A DNA stretch of 64,000 bases from the human T2T-CHM13v2.0 reference genome, Homo sapiens: assembly GCF_009914755.1 (NCBI RefSeq), contig NC_060939.1; one strand, written 5' to 3'. The notes beneath the pieces are model-generated. The model did not search any database. It worked only from the letters and a program-made list of their open reading frames with translations, and was not told the DNA's origin. The position numbers were made by a program, and so were the translations under genes. Each line of letters begins with the position of its first letter. Positions within the stretch are counted from its first letter, which is position 1. Shown one piece after another: positions 45,640 through 62,939 of this stretch.

Positions 45640-45850
45640 TGGCGGGAAGAGATCTCCAGGCCTTCCGCCCAGCTGCTCCGTGCCCTTGGGAGCCCCTGCG
45701 TCGCCAGCCCACGACCAGCCGATGACTTTACCAGCTGTGTGGTTGAAACCCGAGCTCTCTTGCCAGGACTTGAACAGGAAGTTTTTTCCTGTGGTGGAAG
45801 CTTTTGTTCTCCAAGTCGAATTTCCCTCAGCTGACGTCAGCCCCAACTTA
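45640..45850. promoter_or_regulatory. Candidate enhancer (CRE, ETS, RUNX, E-box cluster, CpG-retaining)
   Basis: TGACGTCA 45832-45839, ACAGGAAGT 45774-45782, TGTGGT 45738 and 45790, CAGCTG twice. Motif evidence only. Confidence 0.45.
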
Positions 45851-46466
45851 GGCCCAAGCCCATTGAACCTGCAGTGGGGCTGAGGGAGGGCTGCCTTGCA
45901 GGACAGAAGGTGCAGGTTTCAGGCACCGATGGCTGTCTCCACCTTCCTCTTCTTCCTGCATTAGCCCACCATGGCCTGGGGTCAGCTCCCTGTCCATTGG
46001 CTCCGAAGGAAAGTTGCAGGAAGCTCATTCATTCTGAGAGGGGTTAGAAAGGTGGGTGGAACGTGTTTTCTAATTTTGGTCCAGTCACTTACTGTTAGCT
46101 GAGTGACTTGGGCTGGACACGTAACCTCACTGGGACACGTAACCTCAGTGGGACTCAGTTTCCTCATCTGTAAAATAGGAATAATAGTCCCTCATACCTC
46201 CTAGTAGTGGGTATCAAATGTAAATCATTAAAAACTGCCTGGTACATAGTAAATGCTCAGTGAATATGAGCATTAATTTTTGTCCTTATTATGTATCCCT
46301 CTGGTGAAGAGGAAATTAGATGTTGTGTGTGAGTTACCTACAGAGGGTCCAGCTCAAAGACAGAGGCAGAAATAATCCCTTTACTAAGGGAAGATCATGC
46401 TTTTCTGCTGTAGGAATCTGGCTGTGCTTTCCTTCCCAGAAGCACAAGGCTTCACAAAGATGACTC

Positions 46467-47499
<1,033 letters not shown>

Positions 47500-47976
47500 A
47501 TGACCTGGGGGAAAGGACAATGCTTAACTTGAAGGTGGATTTCAAGTCTTAACACCAGAATAGAGAAGATAATTTGGAGGAGAAAGGCCTCCTTGAGGCC
47601 TGTCAAATCCTCCCTCGAGCATGGCTATTTACATAAATACAATAGTGTCATGTTTTCAAAGCATCAGAACCTAGTTATGGGACCCAAATAATTAAATTAC
47701 TTGTTTTCCACTCTAAACCTCTGTTCCCCATTCCTAATTTCATCTGCCAATATCAAACAGGAAATCTGAGATTCCCCAGTAAAAACTATGCCATCCTCAA
47801 TTCCTTGGCAATGGAGTTGCAAAGAAGGAGCAATGGATAGGGAGTTAATGGAGCTAGACCCACGCGCTTGCTGTGTGATCTTGGCCATGTGACCACCTCT
47901 CTGGACCTCAGTCTCAATTGTAGTTTGTGTGATTGTGTATGTGTGTATGCACAGGTGTAAGAAAGGTGGAGGGATG

Positions 47977-48329
<353 letters not shown>

Positions 48330-48827
48330 AAGAAAGGTGGAGGGAGACGATCTGACTTCTGACTGCTGCTCTAACGGGAGGGTCATGGGACAAAGCTGGT
48401 GCACCTTCTTTGAGTGTCAATTTCATATGAAGGTAAGCAATTCCAAATATAATTTTAAAACCCCAAAGCACCCAAGTATGTCAGAGTAGGATGCAACACT
48501 GCATGCGCTTTTATGCTAAAACATGAGGTTTTAGAGAAATTAGAGATACACTAGGCTTTTAGTGGCTGCCGCATACTTCATTTCATAACCCTGATCCCTG
48601 GTGTCTGAGCTGTTTCCTGTGTGCCAGTAGGGGCTCTTCATTGGAAAAATCTGAAATGCTTTGGACTAGATAATGGCAAAGACATTCCAGTTCAGAAACC
48701 AGAAAGCTTGGACCTGAACTCACTTCTGACACTGACAATCGCCTCCCTTTGTTCAGCCACATTTTCACTATGCATGCAACAGCCAGGCCAATTGGGAGGT
48801 CTGCACCCATCAGAAAAGATGCAGCTG

Positions 48828-49791
<964 letters not shown>

Positions 49792-49804
49792 GAAAGTCAG
49801 AGCC

Positions 49805-50450
49805 CACCTTTCTCTCAAGCTCCAGCCCTCTCTTCTCTCCTTCACAGCCAAGCTTCTTGAAGGTGATGTGTATCCTTCTCCACTTGCTGTACTCTGGCTT
49901 CTGTCCCCCAGCACCCACTTAAACTTGATCTCCATAATGTCCTGAGCACCCACCTCCTTGCTGCTAATGACAGTGAGTCCTCTTCAGTCCTCATCTCACT
50001 GGCCCTCTGGCAGACTCTCTGGCTTAACAGTTACTGCCTGCCCTTGGATTTCCTCCTTACTCTCCAGCTGCTCCTTCTCAGCCACACAGAAGCTTCTCCT
50101 TCCCCTGGCAGCTCTTCCTTCTGCACATCCTCACCTGCTCTCCCAGATCAACCTGTCTCTTTACAGTGATGGTCCCCAGTGTCCATCCCAGGCCTAGAGC
50201 TCTGCTGGACCTTCCAGCCTGGCCACCTGACTTTCCCCTGGACATCCCACAGTCCTTTCAAACTCAGCAAGGATCAAGGGGCGTCAAGGCCTTCCCCTGG
50301 ACCCCATCCTTCTTCCATCTGTGTTCCCAGGCACTGAAACCAACTGCAGAGCTACCCATGGTGCCTCCCTCCCCTTTGCCCTCCTCTCGTTTTGTCTATA
50401 GATTAATTGGTTAGCTTCAGTCTCATTCTGTGAATTGCACCTCTTAGCAT
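49805..50450 (+). mobile_element. L2 fragments
   Basis: Decayed pyrimidine-rich L2 ORF2-like sequence. Confidence 0.55.
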
Positions 50451-50619
50451 TCTTAATTTTCACGTTTCAGCTGTTCTTGACCACATTTGGGCTCCCTCCA
50501 GCTGCTCCAAATCCCGCAGCTGCCACTTAGCAATGCTCGTTCTCTTTCCTGCAGTGCCTGCCTCGGTCAGGCCTAGGTGCATCTCTAGGTGCTGATTTCA
50601 AGACAGCTGAGTTCCCTTT

Positions 50620-51139
<520 letters not shown>

Positions 51140-51429
51140 TCAATAAACCTATCTCCACCTCTCCTCTGTAACACATAAGCAAGAATTGGATTTAAGGAAC
51201 TGGCCGGCAAGCTGAGCTGGGATGAATTTGTTTGCCCAGGCCAGATTGATTCTAGATGACTGATACATAGGATTTTTAAATCTAAAGGCCAAGGACCCTA
51301 ATGAAGATCTCCTTGGGAGAGCTGGTATGAGCAGCACTCTCGAGTCTCCCTTCCAGATGTCTTGAAAATATCCTGTCTGAGGCCATCAAGTCCAGCTCTG
51401 CTTGGCAGTGCTTAGCGGTGAACAACCAT

Positions 51430-51641
51430 GGTGGTTCTCAACAGTGGTTCTCCACAGGGGCATATTTGGCAACTTCTGAAGACACCTATGGCTGTCACAT
51501 CTTGAGTCAGGGAGAGGTGCCACTGGCATCTAGTGGGTAGAGGCCAGGACTGCTGCTAAACATCCTACAATGCACAGGAGAGTCCTCAACAAAGGATGAC
51601 CTGTCCCAACAGGTGATCAGCGCCAAGGTTAAGAAACCCTA
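51430..51641 (+). mobile_element. MER20 (hAT-Charlie)
   Basis: CAGTGGTTCTC TIR, CTGGCATCTAGTGGGTAGAGGCCAGG, GGTTAAGAAACCCT end. Confidence 0.88.
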
Positions 51642-52382
51642 CTATGAAGTCAGACAGCTTGGCTTCATACCCCAGATCCACCTGGAGCAACTCACCTACT
51701 TTCCACTGGCTTTGGTTTTCTCCACTTTTAAAGGGCTGGATATTTATATCTACCCATAGGGTTGTTGTAAAGAAAAAAATGAGATAACTTGTGAAAGGTA
51801 CTTGGAAACATTCTTGTTATACAATAAAGCACTCAAGAAAGTATCCTTTTTGCTGCTAACTGCAGCACAGTGAAGACACGGATCTTCACTGCCAATGCAT
51901 TCAGATATACATGAAGATTTCCATCTTGTCATCACATTTGGCAGAATCAGGAAGTCCCCATCTCACTGTGGAGGCTTCACTTCACTCTAGATTGAGCTGT
52001 GCCTCTGAGACCCACAGGGACAAGGCACACAAGCCTCCACCTGGATGGAGTTAGCAGCTCCCCTCCTCGCTCCCTGGGCTTGCTTCCTTGTCAGTCTCTG
52101 CAGACTCTGACCCAGACTCAACCCCAGACTCCATGGCTGGGCTCTTCCCCACCAGCAGCTGAGTCCCAAGCTGCTCCAACTCAGCTGTTCTTGACCACGT
52201 TTGGGCTCCCTGACCACCCTCTGGCTGGTGCTGTGGCCTCAGCTCACCCCATTATTGATGCTGACCGCCTGAGTGGCCTCAGCTGGCTTCCCATCCAGCT
52301 AGGGCACTAACAAACACTGGAGAGTGGTACATTTCTGTTTTTCTAGCTTTTAGTTATACCTGATCTGTACTTGGAATTCTTT

Positions 52383-52995
52383 TTTTTTTATTATTATACT
52401 TTAAGTTCTAGGGTACATGTGCACAACGTGCAGGTTTGTTACATATGTATACATGTGCCATGTTGCTGTGCTGCACCCATTAACTCGTCATTTAACATTA
52501 GGTATATCTCCTAATGCTGTCCCTCCCCCCTCCCCCCACCCCACAACAGGTCCCAGTGTGTGATGTTCCCCTTCCTGTGTCCATGTGTTCTCATTGTTCA
52601 ATTCCCACCTATGAGTGAGAACATGCGGTGTTTGGTGTTTTGTCCTTGCAATAGTTTGCTGAGAATGATGGTTTCCAGCTTCATCCATGTCCCTACAAAG
52701 GACATGAACTCATCATTTTTTATGGCTGCATAGTATTCCATGGTGTATATGTGCCACATTTCCTTAATCCAGTCTATCATTGTTGGACATTTGGGTTGGT
52801 TCCAAGTCTTTGCTATTGTGAATAGTGCTGCAATAAACATACGTGTACATGTGTCTTTATAGCAGCATGATTTATAATCCTTTGGGTATGTATATACCCA
52901 GTAATGGGATGGCTGGGTCAAATGGTATTTCTAGTTCTAGATCCTTGAGGAATCGCCACACTGACTTCCACAATGGTTGAACTAATTTACAGTCC
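52383..52995 (-). mobile_element. L1PA4-6-like 5'-truncated insertion
   Basis: ORF2 C-terminus ...WMKLETIILSKL..HRMFSLIGGN. TSD ACTTGGAATTCTTT at 52369-52382 and 52996-53009, CTTT/AA site. Confidence 0.93.
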
Positions 52996-53828
52996 ACTTG
53001 GAATTCTTTAAAACACTCAACAAAAGAAAAAAAGATAACAGTAGTGGAAAGTTTGTAAGAAGGAAAAAAGAGGTGAAAAGCATTTTAAAACATTTTTGAA
53101 TTACAAATATACCTACCTTACTTTTCACATGTACTGTATATAAAAAAGCATTGTGGCTAAGTGTATTGGTTTCCAAAACACACCCCGCCCGCTGCCAAAC
53201 ATGCTTTAATTATTTAGGTAGTAGAGTTGGGAGGGGAGGCAGAGGGAGAGAGAAGGAGAATATTAAAAATCCTAGAATTTGTATAAAAGGAGAACCAACA
53301 CTTTCATGGGTTAAGTAATGAAAAAAAAAATAGCTAACCTTTTATTTTAAGGAAAAGTCAGTCTCCCAAAGGCAGAGATTGAAATGCACTATCACTTAGG
53401 GAACAATCAGCTTGACCAAGCCTCCCCAGCAACTCCCTCCTAGGACTCTTGCAGTCTGAGGGGTCAGGCTGCATTCTCCTAGTGGCAGCACAGCAGGCTC
53501 TGAAGTGCCTGACAGTGAAGTTGAAGGAGCAGAGTGAGGCAAATTCCTGCTCCAAACCTGCTCTTCCATTCTACAGACAGACAGGAAGAGGAGTGACACA
53601 GCTTGCCAACTCAGCCAGTCATAAAAGATTGATCCATTTCTTCCAAACTGATGGTTCCTCCCTTTAGGAAACTGGGCACTTGAAGAAGCTTCTCCCATCC
53701 CAGTTGATTCTTCTGTGCCCATTTTGTCAGTAGCAAGCCATTAGCATGATGTTCAAGGAACAATCATCTACCACATGATGTACTGACGCTCTGTTTGATC
53801 AAACTGGGGCTTAAGAATAGCTGTGAAG

Positions 53829-54131
53829 GGCCAGGTGCGGTGGCTCATGCCTGTAATCCCAGCACTTTGGGAGGCCGAGGTGGGTGGATCACCTGAGGTC
53901 AGGAGTTCGAGTCCCAGCCTGGCCAACATGGTGAAACCCTGTCTGTACAAAAATTAGCCAGGCCTGGTGGCAGGCGCCTGTAATCCCAGCTACTTGGGAG
54001 GCTAAGGCAGGAGAACCACTTGAACGTGGGAGGCAAAGGTTGCATGCAGTGAGCCGAGATCGCGCCACTGCACTGCAGCCTGGGCGACAGAGAGAGACTC
54101 CATCTCTAAATAAATAAATAAATAAAATAAA
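53829..54131 (+). mobile_element. AluSx
   Basis: TSD AAGAATAGCTGTGA at 53813-53826 and 54132-54145. Confidence 0.93.
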
Positions 54132-54279
54132 AAGAATAGCTGTGAGATGGAAGAGGTTGCAAGTTTCCCTGGGAGCTTGTGGCACACAGAAGACCCCAGG
54201 ACCTTGGCCTTAATGGGGTTAGGTTGCTGGGACGGGGGCTGGCTACTTCCACTCTAGAATAATAGTACTGAAGACCCCT

Positions 54280-54862
54280 TTGTTCATTTACTACTTCATT
54301 CATTCAGAGAATATTTATTGAGCATCTACTATGTGTTTCCAGGCACTATTCTAGGCACTGGAGTTACAGTAGAGAACAAAACAGAAAAAGTCCTGCCCTC
54401 ATGGAGCTAATATTTTAGTGGAGTGAGACAGATAATAAATAAAGTAAGTAAGATATATACTCTGTGAGGGTGTTAAGAGCCATAGAGAAAAATTAAGTAG
54501 TGGAGGGGGCAGGGTGTGTGGGGAAGAGGTGTTGCCATTTCAGAGAGTTCTTGGAAAGCCTCACTCAAAGCTGATGTTTCAGTGAAGACCTGGGAGGTGA
54601 GAGGTGCTGTACTGACACCTGGGAAAAGAGTGCCCAAGGCAAAGCAAACAGTCAGTGCAAAGGCCCTGAGGTGGGCATGATGCTGGTGTATTTGGAAGAC
54701 CAGGGATGACATCAGATCAGAGGAGAAGTGGGGGTAGAGGTAGATCATGCAGGACTTCACAGGCTGCTGCAAGCCCTTTGGGTTTTTCTCCAACTGAAAT
54801 GGAAAGTCACTGGAGGGTTTTATGTGGAAGAGTGACACCAAATGTTTTATGAATCACTGTTA
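54280..54862 (-). mobile_element. L2a 3' end
   Basis: TTCATTCATTCAG..ATATTTATTGAGCATCTACTATGTG. Confidence 0.85.
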
Positions 54863-54977
54863 GCTCATTTCTCAATTATATTATTACCACCATTTTAAAG
54901 GCAGGGAAACTGAGGTTCAGAAGGGTTAGGAGAGTTTCCCATAGGCACACAGCATGAGCTGCCAGAACTTCTCTCCT

Positions 54978-55266
54978 TTACTTATTTATTTATTTTGAGA
55001 TGGAGCCTCGCTCTGCAGAGTGCAGTGGCGTGATCTCGGCTTACTGCAACCTCCGCTTCCCGGGTTCAAGCGATTCTCCTGCCTCAGCCTTCTGAGTAGC
55101 TGGGACTACAGGCGTGCGCCACCACGCCTGGCTAATATTTGCATTTTTAGTAGAGACGGGGTTTCACCATGTTGGCCAGGATAGTCTCGATCTCTTGATC
55201 TCATGATCCGCCCGCCTCGGACTCCGAAAGTGCTGGGATTACAGGGGTGAGCCACCACGCCTGGCC
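54978..55266 (-). mobile_element. AluSc
   Basis: GATCTCTTGA diagnostic, approximate TSD AACT[T/C]CTCTCC. Confidence 0.9.
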
Positions 55267-57164
55267 AACTCCTCTCCCTTCTAATCCAGGACTCTTGGTG
55301 CTCCTGCATGTGGTTTCCAAATGTTCTCAACTCTTCTCCTGCTTGCGAAGGGGAGACCAGAGCCTTGGAGCTGGGAAAGGAGCAGGCAGGGCTGACTCTT
55401 CTCGAACCTGGATTGCTGGGCACCTGTTGTCCAGCATCATTTGAGGGCATGTATGGAAAGTGCTCTGGAAATTTATCAAGTATGGCACACATGGTGAGTG
55501 TTATGAGAGACTATCAAGATGCTCTCAATGATTCCTGCTGAACTCAGGTCCCGAGTGCCCAACAGGCCTCCATTTGAGCAATGGGTTGGCCATTGCTTGT
55601 AGCTGCTATTCATCTAGGAAGGTCCCAGCACCGGCCCCTGTTTCCACCTCCCGCAGCCCTCACATGTGGATCCACTGGTTTCACCTACAGCTCCAACCTT
55701 GGCCTGGTTCACTGATCGATCAGCCTGAGGCTAGAAGCACTTACACAGCTGGAGAGCAAGTCACTCTTTCTACTGGCACCCAGCACTGTGCCTGCAGCAC
55801 ACACGTTGTCACACACCTGTCATCCCCTTGGGCACTGGGCCTTGCCCTCCTGTGTAGCCCTCAGCTGGGTCAGCCTGGCTCCTCCTGTGGGGGCGGGGGG
55901 CTGGCCCCAGAGCTGCCCTGGCTAAGGCCACAGGGTCATACTGGAAGTGAAGAGACCAGCCTCAACAAATCCAGGAAACAGACCCAGGTAGGAGTGTGAA
56001 GGGCATGGCTGTAGTGTGGGGTGTGGAAGCCCAATTCTGGGCTTCCCAGAATTTCCCAGCAGGCTTGGGGGAGGGGTGGTGGCAGCTGGCCCAGTGGAAG
56101 GGAACCTCCATCCACCCTAGAAAGATTGTCCCACTTTCCTTGTGGGTCAGCACCTCACAATGTCATCACCAGAAGGGCTTTCTTCCCCACGTGGATTACA
56201 TAGCAGGTAGATGGATTTGTGCTTGCAGACACAGAGGGGCCAGAGTTTTAAAGGCCGTCAGTACCCTATGGCCCATCTCAAAGAAAAAGACAAGGATAAG
56301 CAAAATTAGAAGGAAAGAAAGAAAGACTGTAAAAGTTAAACAAAACCACCCACAAATAGCTTGAGGCAGAAAAAAGATTGTACCATATCATGGCAATCGT
56401 GGACAGTTTGGCAGCTGAGGGAAAGATGACTCATTCCCAGGCTCCGCTTGCATAATCCTCCCCAGCCCAGGCAGGAGAATGAAACTAGGAAACTAATGCA
56501 ATGACATTTAGTAGCAAAAAGGAAGCCCACACAACATTTGTGCAAGGCCATCCAAAAATAGCAGGCTCCTCCATGCTTGGGTTTTGAAACTATGCATTTT
56601 GCTTGAAATGCCTGAGTCGTGGCACATTTTTCTTGGGCCACCCACACCCTAATTCAGTTCATTTCAATTTAGCAGACATTTAATGCAGGCCTACTGTGCT
56701 CCAGGCTCTGTGCTAAGGATTTGGGAGTGGCAAATACAAGGATAGGGGAGACACTAAAAGGAAAGTGTGAAGGGAAGAATGAATGGAGTCAAACCCCACC
56801 ACGAACCCTTACCAGGTCTGAACCTCAGTTTTTCTGTCTATAAAGTGGGAACAATGCCCACCTCATGAAATTGGGTGAGAGTTAAATGAGAAGAGCAAAG
56901 CCACAGGGGCTCATGAAAGGAGTCCTCAAATCTGCTCAGGGTGATCAGGAGGGCCAGCATGGAAGAAGAGGTCTTTGAAATGAGCCTTGACTCGTTTTAA
57001 CTGAACCGAACTGCCAGACTGAATAGTGGCAAGTATTTCTTCTGTGCCTGCTGGGTGTCAGGCCTGGTGCCAGGTCCTGAGAATGTAAGGACAAAGGAGA
57101 GAAACCCATCATCAAGCAGTAATAATCCTAACAGTAGAAACAGTAAAAATAACACAGGGAAGCA

Positions 57165-57467
57165 GCTAGGCATAACGGTTGTGGGTGCTAGTTCTGAAAA
57201 CAGACTCTCTGTGTACAAATCCTAGTTCTTTTACTCTCAGCTGTGTGGCTTGAGCAAGTTCTTTAACCACTCATTCTATGCTCCTGTTTCCTTTTCTATA
57301 AAATTAGTATAAAAATAGCAATTCCTTATAGGATTGCTGTAAAAATTAATTGGAACAGTGCTTGCAAAGCACTTACCCTAGTGCCTGGTAAGTGGTCTGT
57401 CAGGGTAAGCTGCCACTATTTTCATTGCTACCATCACCATTATCTTCATCACCATTATCACCATCAC
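57165..57467 (+). mobile_element. MIR with (CAC/CAT)n tail expansion
   Basis: MIR head and core, trinucleotide tract at 57420-57467. Confidence 0.75.
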
Positions 57468-58044
57468 ACATCACAGAAGAGAGGGAGGTACAGAGTCCTC
57501 CAAGCAGAGGAGAACTTGGAGAGTCTGGGAATGCCAGAGGAAGGAATGGTTATTCTTGAAGTGAGCTTTGAAAGACAAGGAGAAGTTTGCCAGTAGGATT
57601 CTGGAAGAAAGAGGTATTCCAGGCCGGGGGACAATATGAGAAAAAAGCATGAATGTGCAGAAGATAAATGTTCAGGAAACAGGAAATGGCTCAGGCCGAC
57701 AGCCAGGCTGAAAGGATGGCCTGACCAGGGAGAGAGAGGGCAAGCGGGAAGGGAGTGAAAGTCCTTCCTTTCCTGGCCTTTTGCACACACCCTCCTGGCA
57801 CATGCCAGGCAGTTAGGAAGCCCTGGGCCTGGACATGAGCACTAGCTCTCTCACAGAGCCCCTTTCTGACCTTGGCTTCCTTCCAGGAGACGTTAAGACA
57901 CAGCCTTACTGAGAATGCAGCCACGGTTACTATCACATTTATTGAGAAAACTATCCCTTATGTTACTCAGAGCTCTTTGCATACAGATGCTCAAGATAAA
58001 TTCAACTTAGAATTCAGCCAGGAAAAAACATTGATAAAAATAAT

Positions 58045-58268
58045 TTATAACTTTCATTCAGAGTTTACAACATGCCAGCCTCTAAGTGCTTTACATTATT
58101 AGCTCATTTAATTCTCACAACAACCCTATGAAGTAGGCACTATGATTGCTCCTGTTTTACAAATAGAGGAACTGAATGATAAAGAGGTTAACTCATTTGC
58201 CAAAGCAACATAGCTAGTAACTGGCAGAGCAAGGGCTCACGTTCTGGGAGTCAGGCTTTAGAGCATGT
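58045..58268 (-). mobile_element. MIR
   Basis: CTCATTTAATTCTCACAACAACCCTATGAAGTAGG. Confidence 0.8.
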
Positions 58269-58269
58269 A

Positions 58270-58566
58270 TTTTTTTTTTTTTTTTGAGACAGGGTCTTAC
58301 TCTGTTGCCCAGGCTGGAGTGTAGTGGCACAATCTCAGCTCACTGTAATCTCCACCTCTCGGGTTCAAACAATCCTCCCCCTCAGCCTCCCCAGTAGCTG
58401 GGACTACAGGCACACGTCACCACGCCCAGCTAATTTTTGTATATTTTGGTAGAGGTGGTGTTTCCCCATGTTGGCAAGGCTGGTCTTGAACTCCTGACCT
58501 CAGGTGATCTGCCCACCTCAGCCTCCCAAAGTGTTGGGATTAATGTGTGATCCACCGCGCCTGGCC
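58270..58566 (-). mobile_element. AluS/J
   Basis: Full antisense Alu. Confidence 0.9.
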
Positions 58567-58836
58567 AACATGTGCTCTTTCTTAACTCCTTTGTAATAAA
58601 CAGAACTCTTGTCCTTTCTGTGTTTCCCTTTTTGTTTTGGCCACTGTCAGGGTTGACACTTCCCACTACATTCTTCCTTGCAATTTGTGCTCCAGCTGCT
58701 CTGGGCGCCTCACTTTTTCCAGAATTCCTTTGCATTATCATACCTCTATGCCTTTGCTCATGCCAGTCCTCCTACCTGATATGACTTGCCCTTTTTTTTT
58801 TCTTTTTTTAAACTTAATGACATGGAAAATTTATCA

Positions 58837-59310
<474 letters not shown>

Positions 59311-59447
59311 TTATTTATTTTTTTCTTGGTGATTTCTATTTCTTGAATGTTCACAGAAAATACATATCATTAAATTGTTACTTTTAAGAAAAATGTAAGT
59401 TAATTTTTTTTTCATTAAACAATTTTTTTAAAAATGACTTATTACCC

Positions 59448-59773
<326 letters not shown>

Positions 59774-60136
59774 TTATGACATTAACTACATGTGCATTGT
59801 TATGCAACCATCTAGGATGACGTTCTAACCTCATTTCAAGCTTAGCCACATTCACTATCTTTCCAGGACTAGGGTAGTTTTCACCTTCTGTTTAAAACTT
59901 TCTCTGTCTCCTCCCACACCCCCAGCAGAAATGATGGCTCATCTCTCTCCACTCTCCTGTTATGGGGAGTGTGTCATTATGTGTCACTCATATCATTCTG
60001 CAATAGTGGTCAAGTGAGCAGCCCCTAGAGCCTTCATTTCCTGTATTTGATACCTACCATTTGTGTCCTAGCATAGCTGGGGCAAGTCACTTAATCTATC
60101 CGTGCCTCAGTTTCTTCAACTTTAAAAATAGACATT

Positions 60137-60803
60137 TTCAGAATGGCTATTACTACAACATCAAAAAATAGCAGATGCTGGCAAGATTGCAGAGAAAAGT
60201 GAACTCTTATGCACTGAAAGTGGGAATGTAAATTAGTTTAGCTGCTTTCAGTGGAAAGCAGTCTGGAGATTTCTCAAATAATTAAAAATAGAACTACCAT
60301 TTGACCCAGCAATCCCATTTCTAGGTATATTCCCAAAGGAATATAAATCGTTCTATTATAAAGACACATGCACACATATGTTTATCTCGGCAGTATTCAC
60401 AACAGCAAAGACATGGAATCAACCTAGAGGCCCATCAGTGGTGGACTGAATAAAGAAAATGTGGTACATACACACCATGGAATACTATGCAGCCATAAAA
60501 AAGAATGAAATCATGTCGATTATCCTAAGTGAATTAATGCAGGAACAGTAAACCAAATACCACATATTCTCACTTATAAGTAGGAGCTAAACATTGAGTA
60601 CACAGGGACACAAAGAAGAGAATGATAGACACCAGGGCCTACTTGAGAGTAAAGGGTGGGAGGAGGGTGAGGACTGAAAAACTACCTATCAGGTACCATG
60701 CTGATTACTTGGGTGATAAAATTACACCAAACCCCTATGACATGCAATTTACCTATGTAACAAACCTGCACATATATCCCTTGAACCTAAAAGTTGGAAA
60801 GGA
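60137..60803 (+). mobile_element. L1PB/L1PA-old 3' fragment inserted in MIR
   Basis: TSD AAAAATAGACATT at 60124-60136 and 60804-60816. Confidence 0.9.
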
Positions 60804-61076
60804 AAAAATAGACATTATTAGTTTTATTTCACAGATAAGGACACCAAGGCTTACAAAGGTTAAGTTTGCCCAAGATCCCAAAGAGGGTAAGTAGTGAAAC
60901 ACTTTTAAAGCAAGTTATCTGTCCCTAGAATGCACATGTTTAATCTGTGCCCCTCTAAATAATAACAACGCTGCCATTTATTGATCACTTATTATGTGGC
61001 AGGCTGTCAGCAAGGTATGTGGTGCAATAACCTATTTAATCCTCATAAGTAGCCCCATAAAAATGGTTATTCGTAG

Positions 61077-61393
<317 letters not shown>

Positions 61394-62498
61394 CCGTAGC
61401 CCATTTTACAGATGCAGAAACTGAGGCCCAGAGAGGTGAAGTCATTTGCCCTAAATTCCTCAGCAGAATCAGAATTTGGTGACTATAAAGAATGCCTTCT
61501 TATTCACTACACTATGCAAAAACGGTTTGATTTCTCAAGTCTGTAACTGAGGACTCAATTGATGACTACAGATCGTTCTTATGACAGAGAAGGGCAAGGC
61601 TTTAGAGTTCAAAGACAGGGATTCAGCAAGGACTCGAAAGTATGGAGAAGCCTTCACAGAAGAGGCTGCACTGAGCCCTGCAGACTGGCGGTGGCAGGCC
61701 CATCCTACCTGGGGCTGGCAGTGAAGGTGGGACTCCTCAGAAGCTGTCAGTTCTCAGTTAAGATTAATGAGACAGAAGTGGGATCTGGGCCAGGGCTATT
61801 GCCCAGGAGATACCACTGGAAGCCAAAGCCCCGCTAGAGATGGCCAGTGTTAAAGATGAGCTCAATTCGGGAGATGCCCAATTAGAGCAGGGAGAACACT
61901 AGAGTTCACAGGTGCACTCAGCAGGTGTCTGAGCAGATGGCTGGGTGTGGGAAGGGGAGAGTGTGGGAAGACTCCAAATGGGCCTCTCATGGGGCCTCCT
62001 TTCCACAGTTACAGGCTTCTCTCCTGGAAGCCAAAGCCCTCCCCGCCATGGGTGCCCCTCTGTCAGCCTTAATGACAACTCAGGCCTCCAACAGGGCAAG
62101 ATAACAGGAAGCATTCCAGGGAGCCAAAGGATAAGACATGCGCAGGGTGTGATGTGGAAGAGTGAAAGGTGGAGATAGAGGGGAGGAGACAGGCAGAGCA
62201 CAGAAAGTGGGAGGGAAAGGGCACTTTGGAAGCAGCTGTTTATTTACAGTTGAGGCCTTCCTGGGAAATCAAGGTCACCTCTTCCTAAAGCCAGTTCTCC
62301 AAGCTCTGCTTGTCAAAGCTTTGCTAGTTGTGTTCAGGCTGTGTGCTTGAAAGTAACATTGCTGCCCTTTGGAGGAAATGCTAGTTAACTCAGGCCTTCT
62401 GCAGACAAAGCCTGGCCTTCCCACCTGCTGACCCCTTTCTTTTCTGGTGATCACCTGCTGGGTTCCCCCATTATGTCCACTCTACAATGTGCACGTGA

Positions 62499-62535
62499 TG
62501 TGTGTGTGTGTGTGTGTGTCTGTGCGTGTGTGTGT
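62499..62535. repeat. (TG)n microsatellite
   Basis: Direct reading. Confidence 0.92.
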
Positions 62536-62939
62536 TTCCAAAGGAAAGAGGGCTGAGCACGAATAACAGCAATACATCTATCATCCTTTAAGCTTTACCC
62601 TGATCCAAGATTGCTCTCAACAAATTCTCACAATGATCCCTCAAAGTAGATCTTTTTATTAACTCTTTTTACAGGTACAGAATCGTGGGTCACACAGCTA
62701 AGAACTAGCTGAGCTGGAACTTGAGCCCAGGCCTGCCTGATTCCAAGACAATTAGTCAAAAAGTCCTCTCTGGGGGTGCACTGAGGTGGGAGCTTCATCT
62801 TTTCTGGTTTCATCCTGAAACACTACCACGTGTGGTTTACTTCATCATCCCCTTTGAACCATTAACTCTACCCTCTACCCAGCCCTGGAGATGTACAAAA
62901 GCTAAAAAAAATAGACAAAACATGGTAACAGGGTATCAA

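Noticed and set aside
45371-45883. Overlapping 100-154 aa ORFs in GC-rich unique DNA
   Set aside because: No recognisable domain or exon structure; expected by chance at this GC content.
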